From the NCBI GenBank assembly GCA_003427395.1, contig BFEA01000045.1:1617264-1681182 (forward strand): a DNA stretch of 63,919 nucleotides. The letters are read 5' to 3'. This document shows positions 12,877-24,663 of the stretch, piece after piece (position 1 is the first letter of the stretch; each line of letters starts with the position of its first letter). A program made the position numbers and the translations under genes. The notes under the pieces are model-generated. The model was not told the DNA's origin, made no database searches, and saw only the letters and a list, made by a program, of their open reading frames with translations. The stretch comes from Chara braunii. Lineage: Eukaryota; Plantae; Charophyceae.

Positions 12877-12929
12877 GAGGAGGGAGAGAGAAACTAATCA
12901 ATAATGAAACTTGCCTGATTGGTGGAGGC
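12331..12929. repeat. ~600-bp foldback palindrome (two inverted copies of a ~300-350 bp unit containing (AAT)n)
   Basis: Starts GCCTCCACCAATCAGGCAAGTT and ends AACTTGCCTGATTGGTGGAGGC, with the centre near 12660. A single arm recurs at ~20186-20535. Confidence 0.9.
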
Positions 12930-13234
12930 AAGGGGGATGGAAGGAACTCAAGCCTCCCAGCCTGCGGACGACAGCCTGGGTGCCTGAGTTCGTGGCCGAC
13001 TTGTTTGGGGGTTTCGACCATATCTTGGATGTGGCCGACTCCATATATCAACTTACGAGAAGAGTACTCTTGTAGGAATACCCTAAACCCTCGTCTTCCG
13101 TCTAAGCTAACACAGTCTCAGATTGGTCAGCTTCAAAAGGGCAACAGGATAACCTTGTTAGGATTATCCTAATGCTCTCATGAAGAGGATGCGCGGCGGT
13201 TCCACACCCTACCGGGAACGCAGAACCTCACGGT

Positions 13235-13530
13235 CGTGTCATGCAGGATGTATTCCTGAAAAAGAATCAGTCACCACTCCGACCGTGCGCGCGTGCTATA
13301 CCTCTCACGACACCCCATGACAGGTCGGGGAGCCACGAGGTACAACTTACCTCTACCCGAGGGGCTGTCACCACCTTCAGGTAGGCGTATCCCTGCTGAG
13401 CTACCGGCCAACATGTGAAGGCTTTTACATGCCTTTGTAGAGGTAGGTCGGCCGAGGGTGTTTGCTCGATCGCTGTAGCATAAAATGGGGTACGCGCAGT
13501 AGGACGCCTAGAACTGACCCGTTAGATATT
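13235..13530 (-). ncRNA. Conserved structured block at the LTR 3' end (U5), element B copy
   Basis: Reverse complement aligns by eye to 48470-48780, with compensatory changes. Confidence 0.5.
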
Positions 13531-15389
13531 CAGGTCGAACTTTTAAACGGCAGTTTATTTTCGCTATTACGTAATGTATCGTTTTCCCACTAAACATCAA
13601 CGAAACCATCTTTCTATCATAGAGCGTCCTATCTTTCTTAACAGGTTAGGACTTAACTGAACATCAGAATATATAGGAGTTAAATTGGACGTTTGATGAA
13701 TATGGAAGTATTATCGCCGAGAACCCTTCCCACTTTCACGTGCTGTGTGTCCGAGACTCTTCAACAATCCAGATCCAGTTCAATCCAAAATCACGCACAA
13801 AACAAACCTGCACAGAATAATGCAAAGACAGTTCACATACCATGCACTAACGGAGTCAACCATCAACCATTGACCTTATCTCTCACTTCCCAAATCATGT
13901 ATGACAACCCTATCTTTCTTGAGACGTAAGCCTAGCCCCCTCACATTTCTTCAAAGGACCCTTGAGAGTGACCATGACCTTTTAGGCAATGACCACAGGT
14001 GACAGTTTTACTGACCACAGGGTTTGAATTTAGAGGTGGGTATCAAGTCCAAGGGGAAAGTTGAATCGGTAACAACCGACCTGTTATTGAGAGGTAACAA
14101 AAAACTTGGTCCTTTCTGTAAAACTTTTTTCTTCAAATGCAATAGATAATCAGGGACATGCACACACAGATCAACAAAGATTCAACACCCCCACTTGATT
14201 TCTCACATATTGATATCTAAGGGTCGAGCCCTTAGACATGGGTAGTGAGCTCTGGGATCGCCATCCCAGGTCTAATCCCTTGTCTTACCCTCACAACCCT
14301 ACCCTAAGCCGTCTATCACTTTCTCCTTTCTCTAAAGGAGTCTCATGCCTGTGTCATAAGTCGTCTTAAGGAAACTCATATTTTTCCTACTCTCAGTCCT
14401 TGCATTTTCTCTCTTGGAAATAAACGTACCGTTTGACGCTTATGTAGACGAGATATAATTCATTCATCGTCGTGACCTTCCATCCGAAAGCCATCGACAA
14501 CTATGGACTACACGGTGATTCTTTTTCTACCAATATTCTTTTTTCCGCGGTCCTATCTTCTTTCCTTGTTTCCCTTTCCGGATACGTGAAGACCTTGCTC
14601 CAACAGGAGCATTATTCTTTCCTTTTTCTTCAATTTGTCCTGTCACACTCAAGTAGTAGATCGATTCAGACATGAATTTTCTGCTACTTGGCCAATACCA
14701 AGCAATTTGTTAGTCGAACAGACAGGTGAGTAAGCCGCACATGAGTATTGATCTCCCTTTTTGGCCCCACTTGATCTAATCAGAGTAGCAGGATAGCTCA
14801 CACATGAGCATCCTTCCTACAACAAATAGTTGAGGCTCCTACAGAAGCACCCTACTACTTGCTTTAGGTATCTTTCTGAAAGATTCGGTTGTCAGTATCC
14901 TTCCATAAGTTAATAACGGTCTGCGTGAAGAATAGGCGACCCGCGCAAGAGCCCCTACTATCACGTGACAAGGTCCTCTTCATGAGAGCATTAGGATAAT
15001 CCTGACAAGGGTACCCTGCTACCCTTCCAAAGTCGACCGCCCTGAGTCCCGGTTAGTTTGGGCAGATGACGAGTGTTTAGGGTATTCCTACAGGAGTACC
15101 CTTCTCGTAAGTGAATATAGAATCAAGTAGGTAATACACAGACCCCAACAAAGACCCGTCTACTACTTTCCTCGGGTAATGAGTAGTCCAGCCGTTAGAC
15201 AAGTAATAGGATGACTCCTACAGAAGCCTCCCTAGTACCGGTCTGGTGGTCGGACTGTCTGAGGGTAAGTAAGTCACGAAAGGAAGAGTAGAAATGTGAT
15301 TTCCTACTTTGTTCGTCAGCCTTAGATTCCCTCGAGCGAATAGGATGGCCCACCCTGGAGCCTTCTTTCATTATTTTCTAAGAATCAGA

Positions 15390-16300
15390 CCCGTCTTCCC
15401 GTCACGACGACAGTCAATTCGGTAGGGAGTAAGGTAACCCACACATTAATATCTAGTGTGGTTCCCAAGTCAACGTCAGACACCCCTGCTCGTCACGACG
15501 ATAGTCGTTACGGTAGAGAGTATCTAATTTATCTCATAAGTATGTTAGCACTCTTTTCCCATCACGACGACAGTCGATCCGGTAGAGAGCACCTAATCTA
15601 GCTCATAAGTTGCTATCAGGTACCTCTGCCCGTCAAGACGACAGTCGATCCGGTAGAGAGTACTTAGATTAGTTCGTAAGTAGTTGTTCGTACTCTCGTC
15701 CCATCATGACGACAGTCGATCCGGTAGAGAGTACCTACTTTAGTTTATGAGTATTTGTTTGTACCCTCGTCCCATCACGACAACAGTCGATCTGATAGAG
15801 AGTACTTAGATTAGTTCGCATGAGTTTGTTTGTACTCTCGTCCCATCACGACGACAGTCGTTCCGGTCGAGAGCACTTAGATTAGTTTATATGTATTTGT
15901 TTGTACTCTCGTCCCATCACAACGACAGTCGATCCGGTAGAGAGTACTAAGATTAGTTCATAAGTGATTGTTTGTACTCTCGTCCCGTGACGACGACAGA
16001 TGTTCCGGTAGAGATTACGTAGATTAGTTCACATGCATCCGTTTGTACCCTCGTTCCATCACGACGATAGTCGATCCGGTAGAGAGCACCTGGAATAACT
16101 CATAAGTATTTGTTAGTGCTCTCTTTCCGTCATGACGACAGTCATTACGGTAGAGAGCACCTAGTTTAGTTCCTAGGTTATTGTTAGAACCCCCTTCCCG
16201 TCACGACGACAGTCGATCTGGTAGAGAGTTCCTAATTGATTTCATGAGTTATTGTTAGATACATCTGCCCTTCATGACGACAGTCGATCTGACAGATAAC
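15390..16300 (-). repeat. Hairpin array of element B: ~13 units, ~71-bp period, ~45-nt conserved hairpin + ~26-nt variable linker
   Basis: Minus-strand consensus GTACTCTCTACCGGATCGACTGTCGTCGTGATGGGACGAGAGTAC. Stem variants are GTAC/GTAC, GTGC/GCAC and GAAC/GTTC. Confidence 0.9.
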
Positions 16301-16661
16301 AAGGTAACTCACACATGAGTACCTACGTGTCAACTCTTAGTCACGTCATGTGTGAGTACCTAAGTGTCAACTCTTAGTCACATCAGCAAATACATAAGTA
16401 GTGTGACGGCTCATACATGAGCCTCCATCGTCCTACTTCATTTTTCAAGTTCAATCAGTCTAGGTTCCTTCTTAGTTAATTTAGGTTCCTTCCATTTCAC
16501 CAAGCAGGATTCTTATTCCAATCATATATCATTTTCCCCTTTTGATTACCGTAGTCCTGAGGAAAGTACAAACAATATATCATACAATCATACGAGCGCT
16601 CCAATAGAAGGGCGTAGCCTGTAAGGGTATATGGGAAGGAGATAGTCATGCTTACCTCATG

Positions 16662-16712
16662 GTTCCCTGCCTCCAGAGTTCCTCCTGAACTCCGGCAGAG
16701 CTCCCGCAATCG
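16662..16712 (-). promoter_or_regulatory. Conserved hairpin upstream of the array (element B)
   Basis: CGATTGCGGGAGCTCTGCCGGAGTTCAGGAGGAACTCTGGAGGCAGGGAAC on the minus strand, followed by GAG|GTAAGC. Confidence 0.65.
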
Positions 16713-17642
16713 CCCTGTTTACTCGGTCACACCCAGTCGTCGTTATTACTTGTCCAATCCTTAGAGTCGGTAAGCCAGAATCACCTTAATGGGAATACAT
16801 CAGTCATGGTTGAAGAGGCAGGTGTCTTGAGGAGACCACACAATGATAAGTAGGGAGGAGGATGGAGCGGGGGTAGGCACCATCACATAGTGACCATGTT
16901 TCTCTCCTTCCCGTTGCCCCATAACCTCCGTCTCTCTCCGGCCGCCGTTTTGTATATATGTCAATTGAAAATAATCAAATAATAGCATTATTAAGGAAAT
17001 AAACCAACAATAATAATGGTTAATTATAATAATAATGATATAATATTAATAATAATAGCAATTATAACAATATTAGAAATAATAACATCATTTCTGATTA
17101 CTTTTTGTCAATGCTCTAAGATGATTCTGTAAATAGCAAGGGATAAGGAAAAGGAAAACATTTTAATCAATGTCTCTCATGCCAAAATTTTTCCCTACTT
17201 CTCACTCCTTCTTCTCATTAACTTCTGCCACACAGCCTTAGGTACAATCACATGCACGTCGTTCCGCATGCGACTCTCTAGGATCAAGTAGGCGTGCTTG
17301 TGGTCCCGCCCGCAGATTATGCTGACGCAATGCTCGTTGTTTCCGTGCATACGTTTGCAGCCGTGCGGGTGCATGCTTGCTGTTCCGCGTGACTGACCAT
17401 AGTCAGCTAATATCCCAGTCCTCTGGCTACCACACACACCACGTCGTACTTGAGCGCAGATATGGTGACAATGTCGCGTTCCCCGCGGCTACTATACAAT
17501 GGATTGTCCTTACGCTGCGTGTCCCTGCGCGCATCCACCCTCCTTACGCCCAATCCCTGCCTCTTGTTCAATAAGGCCTCGTACGTTCACAGTTGAACCT
17601 GCTGCTGTGACTAAGTTACCATTAATACTTCCTAATGATAGC

Positions 17643-17685
<43 letters not shown>

Positions 17686-20299
17686 TTTAATGATTCAAGG
17701 AAGGTAAGATGACAGACTTCTATCTGCCAGGCCATATTGAAAGTAAGAAAGTCTGACATAGTCTGGAAAACAGGACTGCACTTGATACCGTACCAGAATA
17801 CTGAGGTCGAGTATCAATGAGAACATGCTCTCGCCATCACCAACATACGTGTCCAGATTCTTCTCTTACTCGACGCCCAACCTACTCCCTACACAAATTG
17901 GCAATGCAACTGTCGACGTCGGCAATCAACAAGACACCTGAAGATGCCGACCATTGCAGGCTGTCGCCCATAGCAGGTATGTGCCAGCACATTTCCGTCA
18001 TCGTTATCCTTCTCTCTTTCTCTTTTCTCCCTTTCTGTGCCATGTTTGCCCTTTTGTTTGTCTGTATTCATCTATCTGCTCGGTACTTCATGTGTGTCTT
18101 ATTCGTGTCTTGGTTGTTTGTGCAGTTGTCTGTCTGTTTGTTTCTGTTTGTCTGTCTGTCTGTGTTGGTTTCGTATGCCTGACGCTGCCTGTCGCCGCCG
18201 CCGGCCTTTAGCTGTCAGTCTGTATCTGTTTGTGACAGGTCCGCCACATCTGTCAGGTATCGTATCTCACCCTCTTGCTTCACTCGCATGCATGCGTCCA
18301 TTGGCGAGACGGTGAGCTCTTATCCTTCTGTCAAATGATCCATTGGGCAGACTACCTGTCTTGTCTGTTTGTTCTTGTCTGTCTGCCTCCGTATTCGTTT
18401 GTCGACATCCGTCTGTGTCGGTAAGCCAGTTTTGTACCCGTCTGTTCCGACTATCTTCTTGCCAGTCTTTCTTTCCTGTCTTGTTTGTCTGGTCGGTCTG
18501 AATGTCTGCTTGGTCTGTCTGCATATCTGCTCCTCATCCGTTTATCTGTCTGTCAGCGTATCTGTTAGTGTATTTGTCTGTTGGTCTGTGCATGTGCGTA
18601 TATCCGTCTGCTTGTTTGTGTATCTGCCTGAATCTGTCTGTTATGCATATTTGGTCATCTGTCCGACGCTATTTGTATGCGCCCGTCTGTGTCGTGGTCA
18701 CGACTATAAGATTTTAGTCATGGCCGTATCTGCCGTATTCCGGAAAGGCTAAGGCCGTTGCTGCTGTAGGGCCGACGGGCCAAATCCACAGGCTTCCTGC
18801 AGATCCGGAAGCGGCCCCTCATCCGTTGCTTATACCAGGCTAGAGGCAAGTGGGTTGTGGTAATTCCACCCCCACTGAGTCAGCGGTACCCAGTCCCTGT
18901 CTCACTCAGTCCAACCAGCGAGTACCATACGAGACCGTGTGTACCGGTCCTGGTCAGTCCGAGCCCAGTCCAGCAAGTACTGTATAGGCTTGTGTGTACC
19001 CAGGGCAAATGAAAAAGGGGTAGATCAGCGAGCTACAGGAGTATAGGCCGAGAGGCGGAGTCCTGTCATTCATTCATTCCTGCCTTGAGTCATGCGGAAG
19101 TGCTGCCACAGCGTCCCGAGCAAAGTGGTCTGTAGTGACCCCATAAACGAGGTGGGCGAGAGAGGAGCTTGGCCATAGTGATAGGGTAACAGCGGCCATA
19201 GCCGCCATAACTGTAGTGTTAGTGTTAGTGTGTGTGTGTTTATAATCTGCGTCGACATATCTGCGTCTGTGTTTGTTGGTTGGTCCGTCCGACTGTGTCC
19301 GTCGGTTTGCCTGTTTGTTCGCGTCTTGTGGTTAGAGTGTCTGTGTCTGTCTGTTTCCCTGTTTGTGTCCGTTACCTGCCAAGTTGGGCGATGAACATAG
19401 AAACCGAGGATCCGCAATGTGATAAAAATGACGGAATGGACAATGTTGTGCAAGCAAAATCTCAACAAGAAATGTGCATTCTAATACACACAAAATGGTG
19501 CCGAATAGCACAGGGAAGACTCAGATGCAAGGCCTGACCTGCCCAGGACTGACCTCGTTTACACAGTATTAGATAGCAAAGCAAAATGCAAGTGACTAAC
19601 CCAACCAATGTTTGTATGCAGACCAAACATACACCGTATCCTTTACTAGTTGTGAAGGAGCTTGGCGTTGTACACAAGAAGAAAGCGCCAGGTCCAGGTA
19701 TACACAGACGAAGAGGAGGTAATCAGACGAAAGGAAGGAGAGAAATGGGAAAGTCATCAATGCCAAGTCTCTGTCACAAGTCCCAAATAATCCCTTGTTG
19801 CAATGTCTGAAGTTCAAAGGTCGAGTCTGGATCCGATGTCATCAAACTCTTTCTCTCTTCTCTCACAGTCCGCAGATGTAGTGAAGTCAGAGGATGGGAG
19901 GGGGGAGAAGGAGATGGTGGTCAGAGAAGAGGAAGAAGAAAAACTCCCTCTCCCTGTTACGGGCCAGGTACTGTTGGCGCTGTGCTGCAGGTACCCTGAA
20001 GACGAAGCCCGAGTAACAACGCTACAGGTAAGTACCCCTTGTTTCGGCCCTGTTTCTTTCTCTCTCTCTCTCTCTCAAGTGCTATCCTACCTATGGCGCC
20101 CATACTATAGACGACAAATCCTAGATAGCCTATAGTACAATGTTGAATGACAATGGCAACAAATCTTTAAGCCCAAACAGATCTTGCCTCCACCAAGCAG
20201 ACAAGTTCCACTATTGATTACTTTCTCTCTCCCTCCTCTAATAATAATAATGATAATAATAATAATAATAACTATAATAATCGTATAATAACAAAAATA

Positions 20300-20363
<64 letters not shown>

Positions 20364-21859
20364 CAATAATAACGTATAACATCAAACTTCAACAATCAAA
20401 CAGTATCATACATACGAGACCAGATAGTCTTGACCTCGAGATGCCAGTAGAACTACATCACGAGATTCACCAGATAGGAACACACCAAGAATTCATGACT
20501 GACAATGATGAAATAATCCCATCATCATCGTCAACTAAGAACCAGAGCTGATTTCCTATCCGGCGCTCGGCGCCCAGACTACATGTGGCAGTTCCTAACT
20601 AGCCTATACTTCACTGCAGAGGCCGACGACAACAGCTCTAAGAAGCATGATCACACAACGACCAGTGTCGCATGCTTCCTGCACCAGGTATGCCTCTCCT
20701 TTCACTCACAACCTCGTTCCCGAACACACAGATGCCTCGTATTTCCAAGAACCACGATGCCCCCTCTTTCATCTCTCTCTTTCTCTCACTCCTCATACAC
20801 ACACACACATACACTCGTCTCCTTCCCATTCACTCATCCGCCTTCTTTAGTGAGAGCCCGTTTTCCAACTTGCCCGTGTAATTTATTCCTATCGCACTAA
20901 TTCCCCGCATGGTGCATAGCTGGTATTAAAGGTGAGACCCAATCGCATTAGTAGCAAAAATAATAATAATAATAATAATAAAATATTAATATTAATAATA
21001 ATAATATTAAAAAAAACGACTGTATACACTCCATCTTACTTGTCCGATACATTTGAATGGAGGGTGAGCTGCAATCGGGATGTGAAGGTCAGGCATCCGA
21101 CTAAGGTGATAACGAGCTACCTCGGTAAGCCTCTCTTTTTCTCACCTTCACACTTCCTCTCCCTTTCTTCCCTCCGTCCACCTCCTTTCCCTCCAAGTCT
21201 CTGTTCTTCTACCTACAACCCTCTTATCAGTCGAATCTATCAGATAGACGAGGGCCAAGTCATCAAGCAAAGCTGTAAATAGTCAGGGTCTGTGCGGTGC
21301 GTGTCTGGGCTGCTCGATAGCGTAAGCATACGCGCGATCCTTGCCAGTGGTTACGCTTCTCCTTCTCTCCCTCGTTTCTCACCGCCGACTTCATCCTCCT
21401 TTCTTTCCCGTATGCTAGCCCTTCCTCCTTCTTCATTACTTGTTTCCTCCTTCCCTCCAAATGGTAAGCTTTTAAAAGAACTTCTCATAGCGTCCCCAGA
21501 GGCAAACTGCCTCGATCTCCGCAATCCAGACCCTTCACTGGACCATTCAATTGGTAGGAGCAACGGTGGTGTATACAAAGGGCGGGGACGTAATCAGCGC
21601 GAGCTGATGACTCGTGCTTACTAGGCATTCCTCGTTCAAGTTCGATAATTTTACCAATCTACCACCGGTAATAATTAAACAATAGTTAATAATTCGTAAT
21701 AATAAACAATAAAAAATATAAATAATAAATAATAAATAATAAATAATAATAGTAGTAATACTGGCAATAATAAATCATAATAAAATATCCTACCTACGTT
21801 GACGGTCTGATTCATTCACGTTGGATCGTCCATCAGCAATTACGGCTTATACTCCCCTT

Positions 21860-22073
21860 CTCTCTCTCTCTCTCTCACACGCACACACATACGCATACAC
21901 ACATATACACACACATACACACACACACACACAGACAGAAGCTCCATCGATGGATGAGCAAGAACGAAATGAATTTTCAGCTGAAACATGGAAATATACA
22001 CTGTCACTTTTCGATTTGTTCGTCCTATCGATCCAAGTAGCGCACGTTGAGCAACGGGTGGGAGACTTATCTG

Positions 22074-22112
<39 letters not shown>

Positions 22113-22158
22113 TACACACACATACACACACATACACACACATACACACACACACACA

Positions 22159-22199
<41 letters not shown>

Positions 22200-22355
22200 G
22201 CTCCATCGATGGATGAGCAAGAACGGGATGAATTTTTAGCTGAAACATGGAAATATACACTGTCACTTTTCGACTTGCTCATTCCATCGATTTAAGTAGC
22301 GCGCGGCAGGGTGCGTGTTGGAGACTTAGCAGTTGGCCAAGATTGGAGACTTATC

Positions 22356-22426
<71 letters not shown>

Positions 22427-22850
22427 NNNNNNNNNNNNNNNNNNNNNNNNNNNNNNNNNNNNNNNNNNNNNNNNNNNNNNNNNNNNNNNNNNNNNNNNNN
22501 NNNNNNNNNNNNNNNNNNNNNNNNNNNNNNNNNNNNNNNNNNNNNNNNNNNNNNNNNNNNNNNNNNNNNNNNNNNNNNNNNNNNNNNNNNNNNNNNAACG
22601 GAATGAATCTTCCGCTGAAACGTGGAAATATACATTGTCACTTTTTTATTTGCTCATTCTATCGATCCAGGTAGAGTGTCGTGAGGTGCGGGTTGGAGAC
22701 TAGCCGCCTCTCTCTCTTTCTCACACACACACACACACACACGAATGTGAAAATATATACTTTCACGTTGTAGGAATAGATTCATTCGATTTTTATTTAT
22801 TTATTTATTTATTTATTTATTTCGCTTTGCTCATCCTATCGAGGGAAGTA
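21860..22850 (+). repeat. 3-4 tandem ~250-bp units with embedded (CT)n/(CA)n, spanning gap 22427-22596
   Basis: Repeated GCTGAAACATGGAAATATACACTGTCACTTTT core between microsatellites. Confidence 0.8.
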
Positions 22851-23466
22851 GCGTGAGGTCGCCCCGAGGTTAGAGACTTACCCGTCCTCTCTCTCGCTCC
22901 CTTTCTGTCGTCGTCTTCAACGTCGTTGTCGCTGTCAGTCGGTCGTCGTTGTCGTCGTCTGACCGCACTCTTAGGTACGTAGTCTTCCCTTCTCCCTTTT
23001 TCCTTCTCCTTCCTCCCCTTTTACTCCTCTTCTCCTTCCTTTCCTCTTCTTCCTCTTCTTCTTCTTCTCCTCCTCCTCCTTCTTCTTCCCCTTTACATTC
23101 TCGTTCTCCCCCTCCGCGTGCTACTTCCTCTTTCCTGCCGTCCTCCTTTCCTATCGCTGTCTCCACTAGTCGCGTGTTCTCTTCTCCCACTGCACAGTCG
23201 TTTCCCCTCTCGCTGTCCGTACTCCCGCACGCTAATATGCTCGCACGTTTTATTTGCTCGCATGCTCGTTCACTCGCACGCCCACGTGCATCTCTTGCTC
23301 GCACATTCGTCCCCACGCACTTGCCCTTTTCATCTACTTCGCGGGGATTTCCCTTCGCTCGAGATCCTCGAGGAACCGAGACCCCGACGAGGCACTCAGT
23401 CTACGGTTCTCACCGTCCTACTTTCGTGGGTAGTTAACGAATCTGCCCTCTCGTCCAGGGTAGATT

Positions 23467-23504
23467 CTGTCTCTTATACACATCTAGATGTGTATAAGAG
23501 ACAG
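23467..23504. other. Nextera mate-pair junction adapter (assembly artefact)
   Basis: Exact CTGTCTCTTATACACATCT+AGATGTGTATAAGAGACAG, flanked by a ~118-bp duplication (23349-23466 vs 23526-23644). Confidence 0.97.
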
Positions 23505-23924
23505 TTCATGTACCTCGCAGGGATCTTCCCTTCGCTCGAGATCCTCGAGGAACCGAGACCCCGACGAGGCACTCAGTCTACGGTTCTCACCGTCCTACTT
23601 TCGTGGGTAGTTAACGAATCTGCCCTCTCGTCCAGGGTAGATTCACGTGAGCCTTTATCATCAACGGAGTACTGTCAAAACGAATCTAACTAATAATGGT
23701 AAAAAAAAAAAAAAAAAAAAAAAGGAAAAAAAAAGAATCTAACCACTAACCTCCCGAGTAGACCAAGTGTCAGGCTCCCGTCGCGTGCGGCCGGTGGCCT
23801 AAATTACTAAATTACTAACTAACTTCTAAAGTCGTGGGTTCGAGCCCTGCTCATCTGAGGGCGGGTGAACAAAAATTTACGGGTGGCCCTAGTGCCGATT
23901 TTCGGCAAAAGAAGAGCTAGCCAC

Positions 23925-23998
23925 AGGTCGGGCGGATTCGATCTATGTACCTCTGGCTTGTCAATCCACGCTCGTACCTACTGGGCTAACTCCTAGCT
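23925..23998 (-). other. Degenerate tRNA-like sequence (SINE head or tRNA pseudogene)
   Basis: Minus strand has A-box-like TAGCCCAGTAGG, anticodon-like arm TGGATTGACAAGCCA and B-box-like AGATCGAATCC. The acceptor stem is poor. Confidence 0.4.
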
Positions 23999-24663
23999 TG
24001 GTTAGATTAAGAGCCTTCCCAGTATAAGTGTAGTACGGCCTTCGTCTCTTTTGGCTGATGCACGGCTTACAGTCTCTCCTAGGAGTAGACTCAGACTTCC
24101 ACTACTGCCGTAGCCCATTACGGCAGTCTGGCTATCTTACCCGTCGCCCCAGCCGCATGGCTGGGGCCTTTAGTAATTTCACCCTTTGTTTCAATTCGCA
24201 GCAAGTAGTCTTGTTCCCTTGTTGACTTGACTCATTTGTCATCAACATACCTTCCTAACCGTCAAAAACTTGGGGGAAAGGCGTCGTCACCATCCGTGCG
24301 ACCCTTCCTACTAGACTAATCTCCTGACCTTCGTGGTCGGAGGTTTTAATTTACTAACCCTTTTTCAGTCTTTGCGCAGGTCAAAGTGGCGCGCATGGTT
24401 ATTCAAACGTTAACCCCCTAATGTTTACCGTCTCTGCGTTTGTCGCGACAAGGCAGACGAGCACCCGAAAAAGTTCAACCATCGACCTTAGTTCATGTGC
24501 CATGTTCTGGTACTTCCGCAGGCAAATCCTTCTTGGCCATAGCGATTGAGGGGTTTGCCTCATTTCCCGTGTTTATCCGTCTTCAGCCTGTCCGTTGGTG
24601 CCGACATTGTGTCGACTATAAAAAACATGAGCGGATACCCTTGTAAGGGTATCAGCTGCAACA

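Larger units (their letters stand above)
13190..24663 (-). mobile_element. Element B: giant 3' LTR (~11.5 kb including a gap and small insertions) of an Athila-like retrotransposon
   Basis: Minus strand starts TGTTGCAGCTGATACCCTTACAAGGGTATCCGC, as in element A. Blocks 16662-16712, ~16810-16930 and 13235-13530 are homologous and collinear with A LTR 45179-45229, ~44860-45000 and 48470-48780. The terminal ~5 nt appear to be missing. Continuity of the middle is inferred. Confidence 0.7.

Noticed and set aside
13040-15124. Independent MITE/DIRS element bounded by 150-bp inverted repeats
   Set aside because: The right repeat and the interior belong to LTR B, no TSD was seen, and the arms are quite diverged.
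15390-16300. Bona fide CRISPR array
   Set aside because: Linkers are related to each other and no cas genes are present.
21821-22703. HT/CV/SL/RE-repeat ORFs (also 7749-8264, 12304-13172, 20105-20395, 61093-63399)
   Set aside because: Microsatellite translations.
23467-23504. Natural Tn5/IS50 ends or horizontal transfer
   Set aside because: Exactly the synthetic back-to-back mosaic-end mate-pair junction.
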